A stretch of DNA of 64,000 nt from Neophaeotheca triangularis (GCA_054600435.1 BAAIJX010000006.1:248001-312000); one strand, 5' to 3'. Shown: positions 1-13,122, numbered from the stretch's first letter. Notes: generated by a model from the sequence alone, not told the origin. Numbers and translations: made by a program.

Positions 1-72
1 GCTAGCACTCCACTGGCTGCCCGCTGTAGCCCACCACCCCTCTCAACGTCTTGGTAGCTTAGGCGCCTCAAT

Positions 73-1295
73 CTACGCGCCAGCCTCGGTGCTGTCATCG
101 TCATGCATAGGCGTCTGGCTCTGGTCCCTGTTCATGCGGCTCTCCAACTCTTTCAACTGACTTTCCCTAGCCAGCAACTCCTGCCTCTTCTCGTTGATCT
201 CGCGCTGCACCTTGACCTCAATTTCCCTCAGCTTCTCCTCTTCACGACGGAGCTGCTCCTCCTTTAGCCTCACGCTTTGAGAAGCCAAACTCTGCGGGTC
301 CAGGCTGTCCTGCGTTTCACCGCCTTGGCCAGGAGCGTCGGTGACCGATTTGGAGAGCTTCTCGGTACGGTAGTTTTCGTACAGGAAGTCGTGGGTGATT
401 TCTTTCAGATCTGCGAGATGAGAGTGCAGCAATGCGGAGCGGATGGCTAGGAAGTCAGAGTGGCGGGGGTTGTCCACCTCGACGAGTCCCCAGGGGTATT
501 GGCGGGCACGAATGCGGCGACCTTCAAACTCGACCGTGTCTTCGCTTCCGACAATCGCGAATGGCATCAGGCCGCGGAGTTCAGCGTTCTCCTCGACAGT
601 GTCCTCGTCATCCTCTTCGATGTCGTAAGGGAAGTTGTACACGGGGATGCGGTAGTGCTCAATGTCTTCCATGATGAGCTTCTTTGACTCGGCGAGTTCA
701 AGAGGAGTCAGAGAGTCAGCCTTGCCGATGACAGGGATAACGTTGACGCGTGGGGACAGGCGGCGCATGAGTTCTATGTCGAGTTCGCGGAGACCATGGC
801 CTGACGGAGCAACTTGTTAGTTAAAGGTGTGGAAGGCTCGTAGAGAACACTAGACTCACCAGTAGGGGCAACAAAGTACAGAAGCACATGAACACGGTTG
901 TCCCTGAAGCGCGGGTTACGCTTGATCCTGCTCTCCTCGGCCAGAATGTCATCATATTGACGCTCAAGGTAGGTGCTGATCTCGTTGAACGAGGCCTCGT
1001 TGTCAATCTGGTCACCGAAGCCAGGGGTATCGACAACGGTCAAGCTAATCCTCGTGCCTTCCTCATCGAGCTCAAGCTCTACAGTGATGGGCTTGATGCG
1101 GACACCTTCCTCCAAGTGAGCCGTGGTCGGGTCGTCAGAGTCCTTGCCTTCTAGCACGCTGCGACCGCAAAGAGTGTTGACAAATGTTGTGCGTCCAGTA
1201 CCCGAGGCACCGCAGACCATCAGGCAGAATTGGATCCCCTTCTTGACATTCTTCTTCTTGCGGAAGCGGCTCTGGCTCATGGCGCTCGAAGACAT
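73..1295 (-). CDS. CDC11: Septin, Cdc11/AspA type (2 exons, intron 801-859; 387 aa)
   Basis: P-loop GASGTGRTT, DTPGFGD, RFRDNRVHVLLYF, VIPVIGKADSLT and a C-terminal coiled coil. Splicing GTGAGT...CTAAC...CAG joins the two ORFs in frame (PT-GHGLRELD). Confidence 0.95.
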
Positions 1296-2065
1296 TGTGC
1301 TGCGGAGCTATGAGGGAAAGAAACTTTCACGATTGCTGTATTGTTCAGCACTAGGTCATGTGGTGTTGCAGCGGTGGAAGCGCATCGGTAGAGGACGAGT
1401 CGTGCTCCACGGGTGCGCGTTTCAGGGACGGGGGGAGTCGGTATAGCTTACCTGTTCGCTGGCAACAGTCAATGGCCCTGGAGGGGATGCCTTGTATCGA
1501 TTGGCGGGTACGTGAGGCGGCGTCGAGGGCGGTGGGGGGCGAGGATCGGGAAGAGAGAGGGTGGTGGTGGTGATGGTGGAGGAAACGTGGTGGATGGTCT
1601 TCCGTGGTCCGGCCCTCGCGTCTGGAAGTAGCTACCTTACTACTGTACTTAGGGGTTCACTTGCGGCTGCCTCCTGATTGGCTACGGCTGTACCCGTGAC
1701 CGCCCCCAGACTAAAGCAAGACAAGCTCCGGACATGCATGCTCACGAGCAACGACCACGCCTCCACCACCGACATCACTTGCTCTTTCTCTTCCTCTTTC
1801 TTCACAACACGACGACTCTTCTACTCTCTCGTTGATCCCCCTTGTAAAATACCAAACCCCACCTTGGAGAGTCTTTGCTTCCCTCCAAACGACATGGAAG
1901 TACGGGCGGCGAAGCAATTCCATGTCGATTGGCAATCCCTGGCAATCAACGCCACCAACGCGAACATTGACAAAGAAATCACATCGATCAGCTAGTTGAC
2001 GTCCATAGTAGTCTCCGCCTCCGCCGTTTTAGAGGAGAGGACATACCCCTGTAACGAACCTTGAA

Positions 2066-3571
2066 ATGAATACTCGACAAAACATAATCCCGTCTGCCGA
2101 CTCCGCTGTCTTGGCCGTGTCCTTCTCATCGACAGGCAACCGCTTCATCACAGGCCTTTCTGATGGCATACGCATCTTACGGATCGACAACTGTCTTTCC
2201 CTACACGAGCCAGAAAAACTTCCAAGAAAGGGTGGTGTCGGTGTTGTCGCGCTACTCGACGATCGATACTTGGCAGTAGTCGGAGGCGGCAGGGTACCCG
2301 CCAGCTCTCCCAACGTCTTGATCTTCTGGGATGCCTTGCAGGATGTGGAGATTTCCAAATTCGACCTGTATGAGCCCATCCTAGGGCTACGCATGTCATC
2401 GAAGCATTTGGCTGTCATACTCATCGAGCGGACTGTTGTGTTTGAATACCAGCGGATAGAGGGTCCTACGAGGCCGACCGAATCCGTCACATCGACCACA
2501 TTGTCTGATGTGACCGAGAAGGAGGGAGCTCTTGACGGAATCGTCGTCCCGAACAGGGTGAAAGCGCTCTATCAGACTTCCTTCAACAACCACGCGCTAG
2601 CCTGCCTAGGCAAAGAAGTTCTCATACTTCCAGCGCAATCGATCGGTCAAGTCCAGGTCATCCGCCTCACGAGCGGTACAAAGCGAATCTTACGGGCTCA
2701 CAAGTCCGCTTTGGCTGCCTTTACACTCTCTGATGACGGCTCAATCTTGGCTACCTCGAGCGAGTTGGGCACATTGATACGTGTTTTCGACATAGAAACA
2801 TTCGACCAGCTTGCCGAGTTTCGCAGGGGATCGGATTCTGCCGTCATATTCAGCCTCGCCATCAGCCGTGGCAATCGATGGCTAGCGTGCACCTCCGACA
2901 AAGGTACATTGCACATCTTCGACTTACGGCCTCCGGAGTCAGACGTCCCAGCTGCTACCGATCGAGAAGCTCCAGTCCAGCGTAGACAGCAGTCACATGC
3001 TGGTCACCGTCTATCCGCCGGCACTATGGACCGCGAGAGTCTCTCAGGCATGTCCGGCAGGAGCAGCCCAGGCTCAGCTGGCCACCAAGGAAGTGTGCAG
3101 GAATATTATGGACTACGACCAGTGCCCACAGCCGCATCACCACCAACAGCAGGACCTGGAGTGTCTGCAATAGCAGCTTTCAGACAGTCTCCGTTTGCTC
3201 CCAGGTTTCTAAAGGACGCCCGCTCCGCCGCCTCGGCGCCTTTCCATATAGGAGACTATCCCCGTCATTGGCAAGGCGGTGCTTCGCATAGCTGGACAGT
3301 GCAGCCAAACGGAACGAGAAAGAAGGTTTTCAATCCTGTGCCTCCTCTGCCCAACGATTCTACTGGCAGGCCACCGAAGGGCATAATCACGTTTGCGCCA
3401 TTTGCAAAGGGCAAGACGGCCCGCGATGATGATAAGGTAACCCTCTACGTGATTGGCGGCGGCAGCGACCCAAGGTGGGAGCAATTCGAGCTAGCCCCAG
3501 CCGAAGGAGGCGGCAAAGCCCTCATCAACAAAGGGTTCAGAAAGTATCTAACGAAGCAATTTGTGGATTGA
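2066..3571 (+). CDS. HSV2: PROPPIN WD40 phosphoinositide-binding protein (Hsv2/Atg18 family)
   Basis: WD40-like repeats, LRAHKS, ATSSELGTLIRVF and the diagnostic FRRG motif. The N-terminus (MNTRQ...) fits the Hsv2 subfamily. Confidence 0.85.
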   Translation: MNTRQNIIPSADSAVLAVSFSSTGNRFITGLSDGIRILRIDNCLSLHEPEKLPRKGGVGVVALLDDRYLAVVGGGRVPASSPNVLIFWDALQDVEISKFDLYEPILGLRMSSKHLAVILIERTVVFEYQRIEGPTRPTESVTSTTLSDVTEKEGALDGIVVPNRVKALYQTSFNNHALACLGKEVLILPAQSIGQVQVIRLTSGTKRILRAHKSALAAFTLSDDGSILATSSELGTLIRVFDIETFDQLAEFRRGSDSAVIFSLAISRGNRWLACTSDKGTLHIFDLRPPESDVPAATDREAPVQRRQQSHAGHRLSAGTMDRESLSGMSGRSSPGSAGHQGSVQEYYGLRPVPTAASPPTAGPGVSAIAAFRQSPFAPRFLKDARSAASAPFHIGDYPRHWQGGASHSWTVQPNGTRKKVFNPVPPLPNDSTGRPPKGIITFAPFAKGKTARDDDKVTLYVIGGGSDPRWEQFELAPAEGGGKALINKGFRKYLTKQFVD

Positions 3572-3655
3572 GCGAGAAGCCCCCTCAATACTCGCCAGAA
3601 ACAAACTCGATCGACACCTCCCAGAACCAAACCCAACGGTCCACAAATAACCACA

Positions 3656-4212
3656 CTACACACAGTCATCTCTCCCCTCAACAAACGTCCCATCCGAATT
3701 CTCACACCCGCAATTCCCCGTATCAGGCGAGCGAATACACCCGGTTCCAACACCACCGCTCTCACCGCGCTCATCCCAGAAGAACGTCCAACACCCCTCC
3801 TCGTCCTCCATCTCCTCCGGCGCAGCGGGCGCTTCGCAGGTATAGGCCCCGCAGCTCCCGTAAGGCGCTCCTGGCACGTTATCGTATTTGGGGTTCGCGC
3901 GGAAGATTGCGAAGGTCTGCTGGGTGGAGGTGCGGGTGTTGTGGGAGCCTTTGGAACGCAGGAGTTAGCAGGGGAGAGGGCGGGAATTGACGGGTTTCGG
4001 GTTTTGGCCTTTTGGGAGGCAGGGCTTGATGGATTGGTGGTTCACGTACATTCCGCTGCTTGGATGCTGTAGGAGACTTTCTCGGGCGCGCATCTGAAAG
4101 CGCTGGGTTTGGGGCAGCGGTTCTTGGTGTTGGAAATGGCGGGCTCGAGGGTCGCGGTTGCGGCGCTGATTAGCAGCGCTAGCGCTGTGGTTAGTAGGGT
4201 TGTGGTGTGCAT
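3656..4212 (-). CDS. Small secreted cysteine-rich protein (151 aa, 10 Cys; intron 3949-4049)
   Basis: Signal peptide MHTTTLLTTALALLISAATA. Intron GTACGT...GCTAAC...AAG joins IQAAEC-SHNTRT in frame to the ORF ending GCENSDGTFVEGRDDCV*. Confidence 0.85.
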
Positions 4213-5022
4213 TTTGTTTTCTGTTACTCCGGTCGATAGATGAGCGAGTGGTGTATCGAAGAAGGAGTGAGAGAAGACGAGGTGCTGAAAGGAATGGAAG
4301 TAAAGAGAGGAATACAACTACTTCTAAGCCGCTGCTCCATACTTAGTCTTACACGTCGAATACCCAAACTGCTTTGCCCTGACCCTGTCCATGTCCATGT
4401 CCAAATCCAAAAGTCCAGACAGCCTTGACAATCTCGGGCCGAGGTTTGGGACAAAGTAAAGGGTGGCAGCACAGCCAGCTTCTATCAGGCTGGCCACGCG
4501 AAGTGTTTCAAATTGAGAAGCTGTCACGTCTCGGAAGCGACAAGCTTGTGCTTAACTTCCAGGTCAACTGTGAAGTTTAGGAAGCTTACGTAGGTGGGCG
4601 GGTGGTTAAGGGTACTGATTGCCAGGAGCCGTGGGCAAGGTATACTGCGAGCTACGTAGAGTGTTGTTATACATCCTTACGAGGTAAGTGTTTGCGGGCG
4701 AAAACTCAGATGCATTGCGAGAACGAGAACTGGGGAAAGGAGAAATGTCTGCAGAAGTCTTTCCTACAGCGTTTGAGAGTGGGCTAGTTAGTATACTTCT
4801 TGACGGCATGGAGGTCTCTACAAAGTGAACGGAGTGGATTCGCGTACAAGCGCCATCTACCGTATCTCTTTCTCAGAAACTTCCAGTGGTATAATAAAAT
4901 CTGTAGCCCTTCACAGTACATCTATAGCCAGCAACGACGCCGGCCCTTCCCAGCGCCTCACAATCGCTTTCCCACAACAGGCACCTAAAAACACCCCCAG
5001 CGCAACTTCCATAGCAGAACTG

Positions 5023-6812
5023 TCACTTTCCAGACGCCCCCCTTCCAGGGCTCATACTCCCCGCCCTCTCCCGCTCCCTGGCAAGCTGCTCCTCGCTCAA
5101 ACACCCAATACGGTTCAAGATATCCTTGTGCTCGCCCAAGTTCAAACCCGAACTGATGCCCTTGCTCTTCCGCTTAGCCGAAGTGCCAGAATTGGTGCTT
5201 GTTGTACTACGTGCCGCGGGCGAGTAGTCTTCGGATGAGGATTCGACTTCAATGTAGCGGACCTTGTCGGCGGCAGTAGCACCGGCTGTGGCTTGGGGTT
5301 CCCCATTTGCGGGTTGATGTTGGTGGTGATGGAAGCGGATCTTGGCACCGGTGGAGGGGTCGATGACTTCGGTTTCGGTGGTTGCGAGGATTTCCTTCTC
5401 GTCAGCGAATCCGCTGCTCATGTTTTCATTGTCTTCCTCTCCGTCCTCTTCGTCGTCGGAGCGGCTGTCGTCGGCGCCTTCCCCTTTGATAACGCGCACG
5501 ACTACCCGGCATATCATGACGAACCATGCGATGGTCACGCATTGCAAGGCGAGCAGGAGGCCGAGGAAGAACCAGCGTATGCGCGCGTTGAAGGCGACGG
5601 TTTCCGCGTTGGGTTTGAGGAGGGGCTGGAGGAGGGTTTCGAGCATGCTTGTATCGGTGCCGTCTGGGGAGAGCATGGGGCCTGTGTTGACTGTCGGGCT
5701 GAGAGGTTTGGTAGAGTAGGTGCCGTATGGCATTGTGACGCTGTTGACGTGCGCGTAGATGGAGTAGCAGATTGTGAGGTAGGATAAATGGCGGGCGAAG
5801 AGCCAGGAGATGACGAAGACGGCGAAGGCGGCGTCGCAGGCGCGCTGGTGGTTCAGGTAGCGGAGAATTTTGGCTGTCTGTAGGGGGGCGTCAGTGCTAT
5901 CTTAGGACGGTAGAAGAAGAGAAAGGGGACATCTTGACGTACCGGAAACACAAGATCGACTATGTCCATGAGCACCAGAACCGCGTTGCCGACTCTGGTC
6001 TGCCTGTACCAATAGCTCCCTCCCAGCAATCCCACCGTGATGAAGTGATGCGTGAGCATCTGGTAGTGGTCTTTCCTCGGCTCCTCAATATGTATAACGA
6101 AGATCTGCTGCACCCAGAACGCCAGCTGGCTTAGATAATACACCTTCATCTGGCCGGACAGAAACAGCCGTGGAAAATCGCGCCATAGCGATACGAGCAG
6201 ACCGTCTATGCTCGTAATGCCAGATGGGGTATCCTCTATGAACAAAACCAACCCCCACGTCCAAATCAGCACGTAGTAGAGGAGTAGGTACCCCTGCTCA
6301 GCGAAGCGCACCCGGCCTTTCTTTTTCTCAATTCCGCACCAGCCCGCCAAAGGCATGAGTAGGTAGTCCAAGCAAAAAGCGCGTGTAGCCGTGAACAGCA
6401 CCACGCATCCAGCAACAAGGTATAAGTCTCTTGGTCCCTGGCCGTACACTCTTCCCTCCCCTCTGTCGTGGGTGTAGCTTAGACTGAAGAACGCGCTCGT
6501 CTTATGCCGCAACGAAGGGAAGAAAAGGTGCGTGAGCGCGAGAAGTAGCAGCAGATTCAGCGAGAGACCGAGCTGGTGGTCTACAACAGCTTTGCGCAGC
6601 ATGCCTGCGAGGGAGTCTTCTTCGATTTTCGCGCCGGTCGAGTGTTTCCGTCGGGCTTTGGGGACGTAATCGCTGGGGCTCGCGCAGAAGGCTATGTTGT
6701 CCATTTGGTGGCTTTTCTCAAGGTTTGCGTGACCGTTGGTCATGGCCGGATCGTACTGGAGGTCTTGCAGGCCACTGCCTGCTTCGTTTTGTTCCATGAT
6801 GGGAACAGCCAA
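5023..6812 (-). CDS. LAG1: Ceramide synthase, TLC/Lag1 family (intron 5878-5942; 574 aa)
   Basis: RFAEQ, the Lag1 motif RKDHYQMLTHH...GNAVLVLMDIVD...AKILRY and a C-terminal GADDSRSDDE. The intron restores the frame. Confidence 0.9.
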
Positions 6813-7649
6813 TGGAAACGAGCTTATTTGCAGTACTTGCTTCCTGCTGAGGGAGTACTCCTCGTCGTCGTGCGAATGATTACGCTTGATAATGGGAAAG
6901 ATCTATCCGTTATGTCGCCGCTTCAGTTGTTCAGTCGCAGCACATATATCTTCAGTCCCTGCTCTTCACCGCTCGCGCTCTCAATAACACTTTCGCACCT
7001 CGGCAAAAGACCTTCTCTAAAAGCGAATGTGTGTATTGCAGCGCAGGCAAAAAGGCGCGAACCCGTTCAGGCCGGTAAACGAAAAGGGGTTCGAGTGTAG
7101 GAGGAAGTTCTGTTGTCTTTGTGTTGCCATACAAGTTGTCCTGAACATTCATATCTGTTCCCAAATGCCACTTTCCAATGCATGATTACCCTTCTGGCTT
7201 AGTGGATCTTGGGACCCTGGATTTCTCCGTTATCAACTACCCGCCGCGTCCGTGCAGGTTGGAATTCAAACCACAATCTATTAATCTCACAACAAACCCA
7301 TAAAACCTTCATCTACAACAGCATCTCGTCTGGGAACAGGAATTGTGACGGAAACACCCCCTAAGACGAACCGCATCAGTACGGCTGGTGCAGTATGGAT
7401 CTATGGTCAATATCCTCGTCAGCGGCGATTATTCCGGCTGCTGGTCACCTTTCCAATGCTCTCGTGGCGGCGCTACCATGCGGGTCGCTCAGGATGCATA
7501 AAGGGGCCTGTCATGGTCCTACAATTCAACCTCAGCCCCTTCGCTGATGCCGCCCTCTTCTCGCTCTCTTCTTTGTGGTTCATTCATCGTTTTCTGTATG
7601 CACACCAACGATAAGGGAGCAAGATGGGAATATTCTATTCCCTGCCTAG

Positions 7650-9467
7650 AAAAGTACTCTCACCGGCCTCTTGACACTTCAAACGGAGATAATAGACTGC
7701 TTCGATTGAATCCCGGCAATTCCAGCGAACCTGTAGCCGCATCGAACACGCTTTCCTGAAGGACAATCCTTCATACGAGACAATGTCATATGCATGGGGA
7801 GACGTGACACTCAGAGCAGCCATGAACCTAGACGGTTACCGTGTCGACGTTCCGTCGAATTCTTACGCAGCTGTGCGCCGGGTTTGAGATACTCAAGCAG
7901 AGCGAGTGGTCGGGATCGATGCCATTTGTATCGACCAAGAAAATCGGGACGAGCGTGGCGCGCAAGTCGGCATTATGGATGCCATATACAGCAAGGGAGT
8001 GCAAAATATCATCTTCTTGGGTGACCATGACGCCTCGCAAGCGTTCGCGAGCATACGCCTGCTGCATAGGAGAACGCTTGCTCTGGGAGCAGACCGCCCC
8101 ACCTTGTTCAAGAGAATGGACACGGCGTCAAGCCAAGGCGAACTTATCTATTCAGACACCAGGCCTGACATGTCAGAGATTCATGTTCGGGCGCTCCAAG
8201 GCCTGTACTCGGTTCCGTGGTTTAGGTAGGTACAGAAACTCAAGGGAATGCTCAGGATTCCAGGAGACTGTGGGTTGCTCAGGAGTCAATTTTGGCCAAG
8301 CACAACACATGTGGGTGCGATGACAGTCAGATGGAGCTCTCAGTGATTCTTGACGTTGCTGTTTGGCTGAACTATAACTGGCACTTCCTCGCAGATGCGC
8401 TTGGGGTCGCTACTTTCCCGGCGCAGCAATTGGGCAGAATCCACAATGGTGAGCCATGTACAAAATCGCCAGAATTTCTGCCCGTGAGTTCTGCCGAGTT
8501 TCAGTGCTCGGAAGATCTGGATCGAATTTACGCTGTTCTGGGTCTTATTCGCCGTGGAATAGGAAATGAAGATCACTGGAGAGAGAACCAACTCAATCAC
8601 CCCGACTACGGTCGCCCCCTGGGTCAGGTCTATGCCATCGCTACGAAGCTGATCATCCTCCAAAGGGGTACCCTCAACATTCTGGCACGGGTTCGCAACA
8701 GCAGCATTAACGGAAATCCCCTCATTGCTGGACGTCCATTTGGGCAATGAAAGGATGCACAGTGTCCGCAGTTACGAATGCTAAACCTTTTGCGTGCCGG
8801 CGGTGGTGACCACGGGGCCCTAGACAGCGTCCCACAACACATGGATCTGCTGCTCCTACCGACTCACGGAATCAAAATCAATTCTTTGGTGATGATATCG
8901 GAAGCACTAGTGAGACCCGGTACGAGTGTCATGGAAAACGCTTCGTGGCCGGACGTGTTGGACATTGAGAAGCACTCGGCGGCCCAAAGTCGTTACGGCG
9001 ACCATAATGCAGATGCGTTCGCCACCACTGGTTTTGCAGCAAGGCCATTCGAGGAACCTCGTCTGAGAGCGCTAAGACCCGCTGCGCTTCTTGGGACTCT
9101 CCGAAGGATCTCACAACAACACGGAAGAGCTTTCCAGTATCCGCTTTTTGGCGATATGTTCGACCCCGAAGACGAGTCGCTCATAGCAGACTACGTCTAC
9201 GACAAGTTGAAACAAGTGTGCTCGCATCGCAAGGTCTTTGCAACCGAAACTGGCTTCTTTGGGCCGGCGCCCGAGTTCTGCGAGCCAGGCGACATCGCTG
9301 TGGTACTTTATGGGCTTAAATTTTCGGCGATCTTACGTCCAGTGCCCGACATCCCTCTAGGGTATCGATTCTGTGGTGTCGGGTGCGTGCATGGTGTCAT
9401 GGATGGCTCAAGGGCTAAAGACCAGCAAAGTCTAGGACGAGAAGATGAAGTTTTCATATTGGAGTAG
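7650..9467 (+). pseudogene. HET-domain (HET-6-like) heterokaryon incompatibility gene, disrupted
   Basis: RLLRL, YETMSYAWGD, IDAICIDQ..ERGAQV..M..IYS, PWF-RRLWVAQE, DRIYAVLGL, PDY and the tail RKVFATETG...PGD...VHGVMDG. There is an in-frame TGA at 7885-7887 and frameshifts near 7740 and 8720-8780. Confidence 0.85.
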
Positions 9468-9751
9468 GGCGTGATGCTCTGCTTTGTCGGCGGGAAATCC
9501 CTGTGTAAGGTAGATACTAGTACTAGTTCACCATTGAGCGTGCTCAAGGTTACCATCGGGTTTGAACATCGTCTGCATCGTTATGTTGATTAGCTAGTCT
9601 CAAGTTCTCCATGAATGTTCTCAAATATCAAAGTGAGATGTCGTCGAAGCGTCACGTGTGTCGTGACGTACTTTCCGTTTCTGGCTTCAATCGCATTGCA
9701 CCTTCCAACACAGCAACACTGTTCTTTCAACGTCACCCCCGTCTTTCTCTC

Positions 9752-10874
9752 ATGCAAACCTGCAGAACCTTGAGAATTGTTCAAAGATCTCTCCGACATA
9801 CACGTACCTTCAACATGTCGGCCCCAGCTCAAGCGCCCAAAATCCGCAACATCAGCCCTCTCTCACCCGACGAGGCCAAATGGACCCAGCTCAAGAAGAT
9901 CGAGGTAGGCAACGTATCACTCAGAGCGAGTGGAGCACTTGGCTAATGTGTACGATTGTAGTGGACTGACCAGGTATGATTACGAACAAGCTGGCGCGCG
10001 GACATGAACGGCTCGAATCCAACTAACCACCTCATCTCAATTGAAGACTGGCAAAGACAGAGTCTGGGAAGCAGCAGCGCGCAAAACCCGCGGCAAGACA
10101 GGCGTCGATGCTGTAGCCATTGCTCCCATCATCCGTCATCCGTCGAAGCCGCCGTCCACCCTGCTCATTCTCCAGTACCGTCCACCAGTCGAGGCCACAT
10201 GCGTCGAGTTCCCAGCCGGCTTGATTGACGAGGGCGAGTCGCCCGAGCAAGCTGCTGTGAGGGAGTTAAAGGTACATTCCGACCCTGCACGACTTGTCCC
10301 GAAGCAGCTACTAACAAGAGCCGCAGGAAGAGACAGGGTATGAAGGCAAGGTGAGCCAGTGCAGCGAACCCCTCAGTTGCCAACCAGGAATGACCGATGT
10401 AACTTTGACGGTAGGTGCTTGACTGTAGCCCTACGATTGTGTCGGATCCCGGCCTGACCACTGCGAACATGCAGGTAGGTGGTGCTCGATCTTCTTCCGC
10501 ATGCCTACATTGACTGACGCACACGCGGGTAGATGGTTACGATCGAGGTGAATCTCAAGGAAGGCGACAAGGAGCCCGAGCAGCACTTGGATGAGGGAGA
10601 GCACATTGAGCGTGTGTTGGTGCCGTTGAGCGAGCTCTACGATAAACTGCAAGGTAAGTCCATTCCTTCCTGCCCCGGATTTTGCTTTTGGTGTACGGAA
10701 AGTGACGATGGCAATTTCCACAGCGTTCTCCAAGGAGAGTGGGAAGATTGTTGATGCGAGGTAAGCATTGCTCCAATCGACTCGTTAGATGCTGGCATCT
10801 TGCTCACACTCTGCAGGCTGTACCACTGGGCTCTGGGGCTCCACTGGAGCCAACGTCTGGGTCTCAAGAACTGA
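9752..10874 (+). CDS. YSA1: Nudix ADP-ribose pyrophosphatase (8 exons; introns 9905-9961, 9974-10046, 10272-10326, 10351-10414, 10475-10532, 10654-10723, 10761-10816)
   Basis: Spliced Nudix box GLIDEGESPEQAAVRELK-EETGY, plus QYRPPV, SDPGL and EGEHIE. All introns are GT-AG. There is a second in-frame ATG at 9815. Confidence 0.88.
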
Positions 10875-12350
10875 CTATCTCGACTATGATAAGACCTTGC
10901 CGCTCAAGGCCACGTACCAGATATCTATGTCGCCTTCATGGCGTATGGCTGGCACTGGGGAGGCATTGCATCGGGGAATAATGTCAGCTTCACATGACGG
11001 TAGGGTTGCTCGATGGGAGACCTCGATGGCACTTGCCGACTCGATCCTAGGCTTTGAAGGACAATCACCAAGGCTGCTTCCACGACCTCAGTGGAGACTA
11101 AATAGTGGTCGTCGTGATTCGTATGCACTACCACTCTAATACAGTTGTAGTTACTCCCAAGAGATGACCCATTTCCGATAACTCGTCGGCGATGGCGGCT
11201 ACGAACAAAGACCTGGCCACACTCGCCACATCAACTGGGTACCTCCTATTATCAGAGAGTCGCATGCTTCACCATGGCCCACGACACTGGTAGCTACAGT
11301 CTGCCACCTTTATAGATGATGTACGACGTGCCTCGACCTTGCAGCTGAAACCAAACGGCCACCACACGGCCCACTGCGCACAGCTATAAAAGTACACGCC
11401 GCTGATGAGAGTGTGGACCCTAAACTACCGCCTACTTATTACCTACTCTTTGACAGCTCCATGTGCCGTGCCTCGCGGAGTAGTCAAAGGTAATAACAAG
11501 TGGACAGACAGACAGCCAGATGCCATCCTTGACGCACGTTTAATTTATCTGAGTAGGTACCTAATAATGCGTGCAGATCTTGTATAACCGAGGCGTTGGG
11601 CGCGTGTTTCAGGCTGATACTCAGATGCGCTCTTGGCTTCCAGTTCGGGAAGGAGGTCGCTGAGTTGGGCCTTTTGTTTTTTGAAATTATCGCGCAGTAG
11701 TGAGATACCTACCTACATATCTACCTAGAGGGCTTACCGCTCGCAAGCGTGTGGTGAGCGGGCTACTGTACTATCGCTTGCCGACACCGCGGGGAGGGAG
11801 GTTTGTGAAGAAGAGCTAACTAGGTTAGCTTCGCACATAACGTAGCCTATTGAGGATGTCACGTTTAACGGAATCATCTAGACCTGAGCTACAACAGTAC
11901 AATTGTACAAGAAGCTAGCTAAGGTAGCTAGCTGATGAAGGTTGATTTTGAGTTCCAGCTCAGCAGAAGTAAGTCAATAAGAATAATAATACCCAAGTAA
12001 CTTCACCGAGGCCTTGATTCCCTTGAACAGCGATTTGAAGCGATTTGGTGTGTGTCGAGACTCAAGGTTCTCTCTGTGATGATCAAAGTAGCTTGACTTG
12101 TTGGTAAAGCAGGGAAAGACCCGGTCCGCACCGTTGACACGCCACGCTTCGCCTTCTCACCCGCAGCATCGGATGGTTGGGCGGACGGTGCAGCAGGAGG
12201 CAGGCAGGCGGCACGCGGCACGCCGCACTCCCGCGGCTGATGATGAATCACGAGGCCACCTAGACAGGACGGGAGGCAGAGACGGGAGGCACAGACGGGA
12301 GCTTGAGTAGTAGTGGAAGGTCAAGGAGGTCAAGACAAGAAGGTCTGAGA

Positions 12351-12386
12351 GTAGGTAGGTAGGTAGGTAGGTAGGTAGGTAGGCTA

Positions 12387-12419
<33 letters not shown>

Positions 12420-12434
12420 GTCGTCTGTCTCTAC

Positions 12435-12467
<33 letters not shown>
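12351..12467. repeat. Compound microsatellite: (GTAG)8, imperfect (CT)n, (CAT)11
   Basis: Read directly from the sequence. Confidence 0.95.
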
Positions 12468-13122
12468 TGCTTTTATTGCCTTTATTGCCATTACCTCCTG
12501 TCTTTTATTTATTGCCATCCATGGAGGCAAGACCAAGCACTCGGGATCGGCACATTGCAGTTTTGGAAAGCATGAGCGTTGGCCGGAGGTAAGTAAGTTG
12601 AGTACTGCACTGTACCTTACGTCATCCAATTCTTGTCTTCCTTCCATTCTCCGTCTCCATCACCAGTGGCAGTGGCAGTGGCATTCATGGAAGTTCAACC
12701 ACGGCTTCGTTCGAGATGGCAGCACTCACCTACTACTACTGCCTACTACTGCCGACTGCCTTTGGCTTCCACCTCGTAGCGCTAGCACGAGATGCCGTGC
12801 TGCAGTAGTCTACTACTACTACTACCGTCTGGACACTCTGGACGCGCGAAGCCGATGATTTTAGAAGAAGCGCCAAAAAGTCTATCTGACTCCATCCAGT
12901 CTCCACCCTATATGCTGCCTGCCTGCCTGCATTGCTGCCATCTTCATTATCGTTATTTCGGCTTTACTTGCACAACCACACCCTGGCGGCAGTAGTCGAC
13001 AGTAGTCTACTACACTTAGTACTACTACTGTGCTACTCTTCTGCTTCGGAGTAGTGTTTCAAACCCCATTTTCCCCCTCTGCCGTGCAACGCCGTACTAC
13101 TGTACGCCTGCCTGCTTTCGCC

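Noticed and set aside
11619..11682. Hairpin-like segment followed by a T-run (possible Pol III RNA)
   Set aside because: Pairing is short, and no SRP, U6, tRNA or snoRNA motifs could be matched.
12384..12647. ORF with poly-Met and ER repeats
   Set aside because: It is a translation of the (CAT)n and (CT)n microsatellites.
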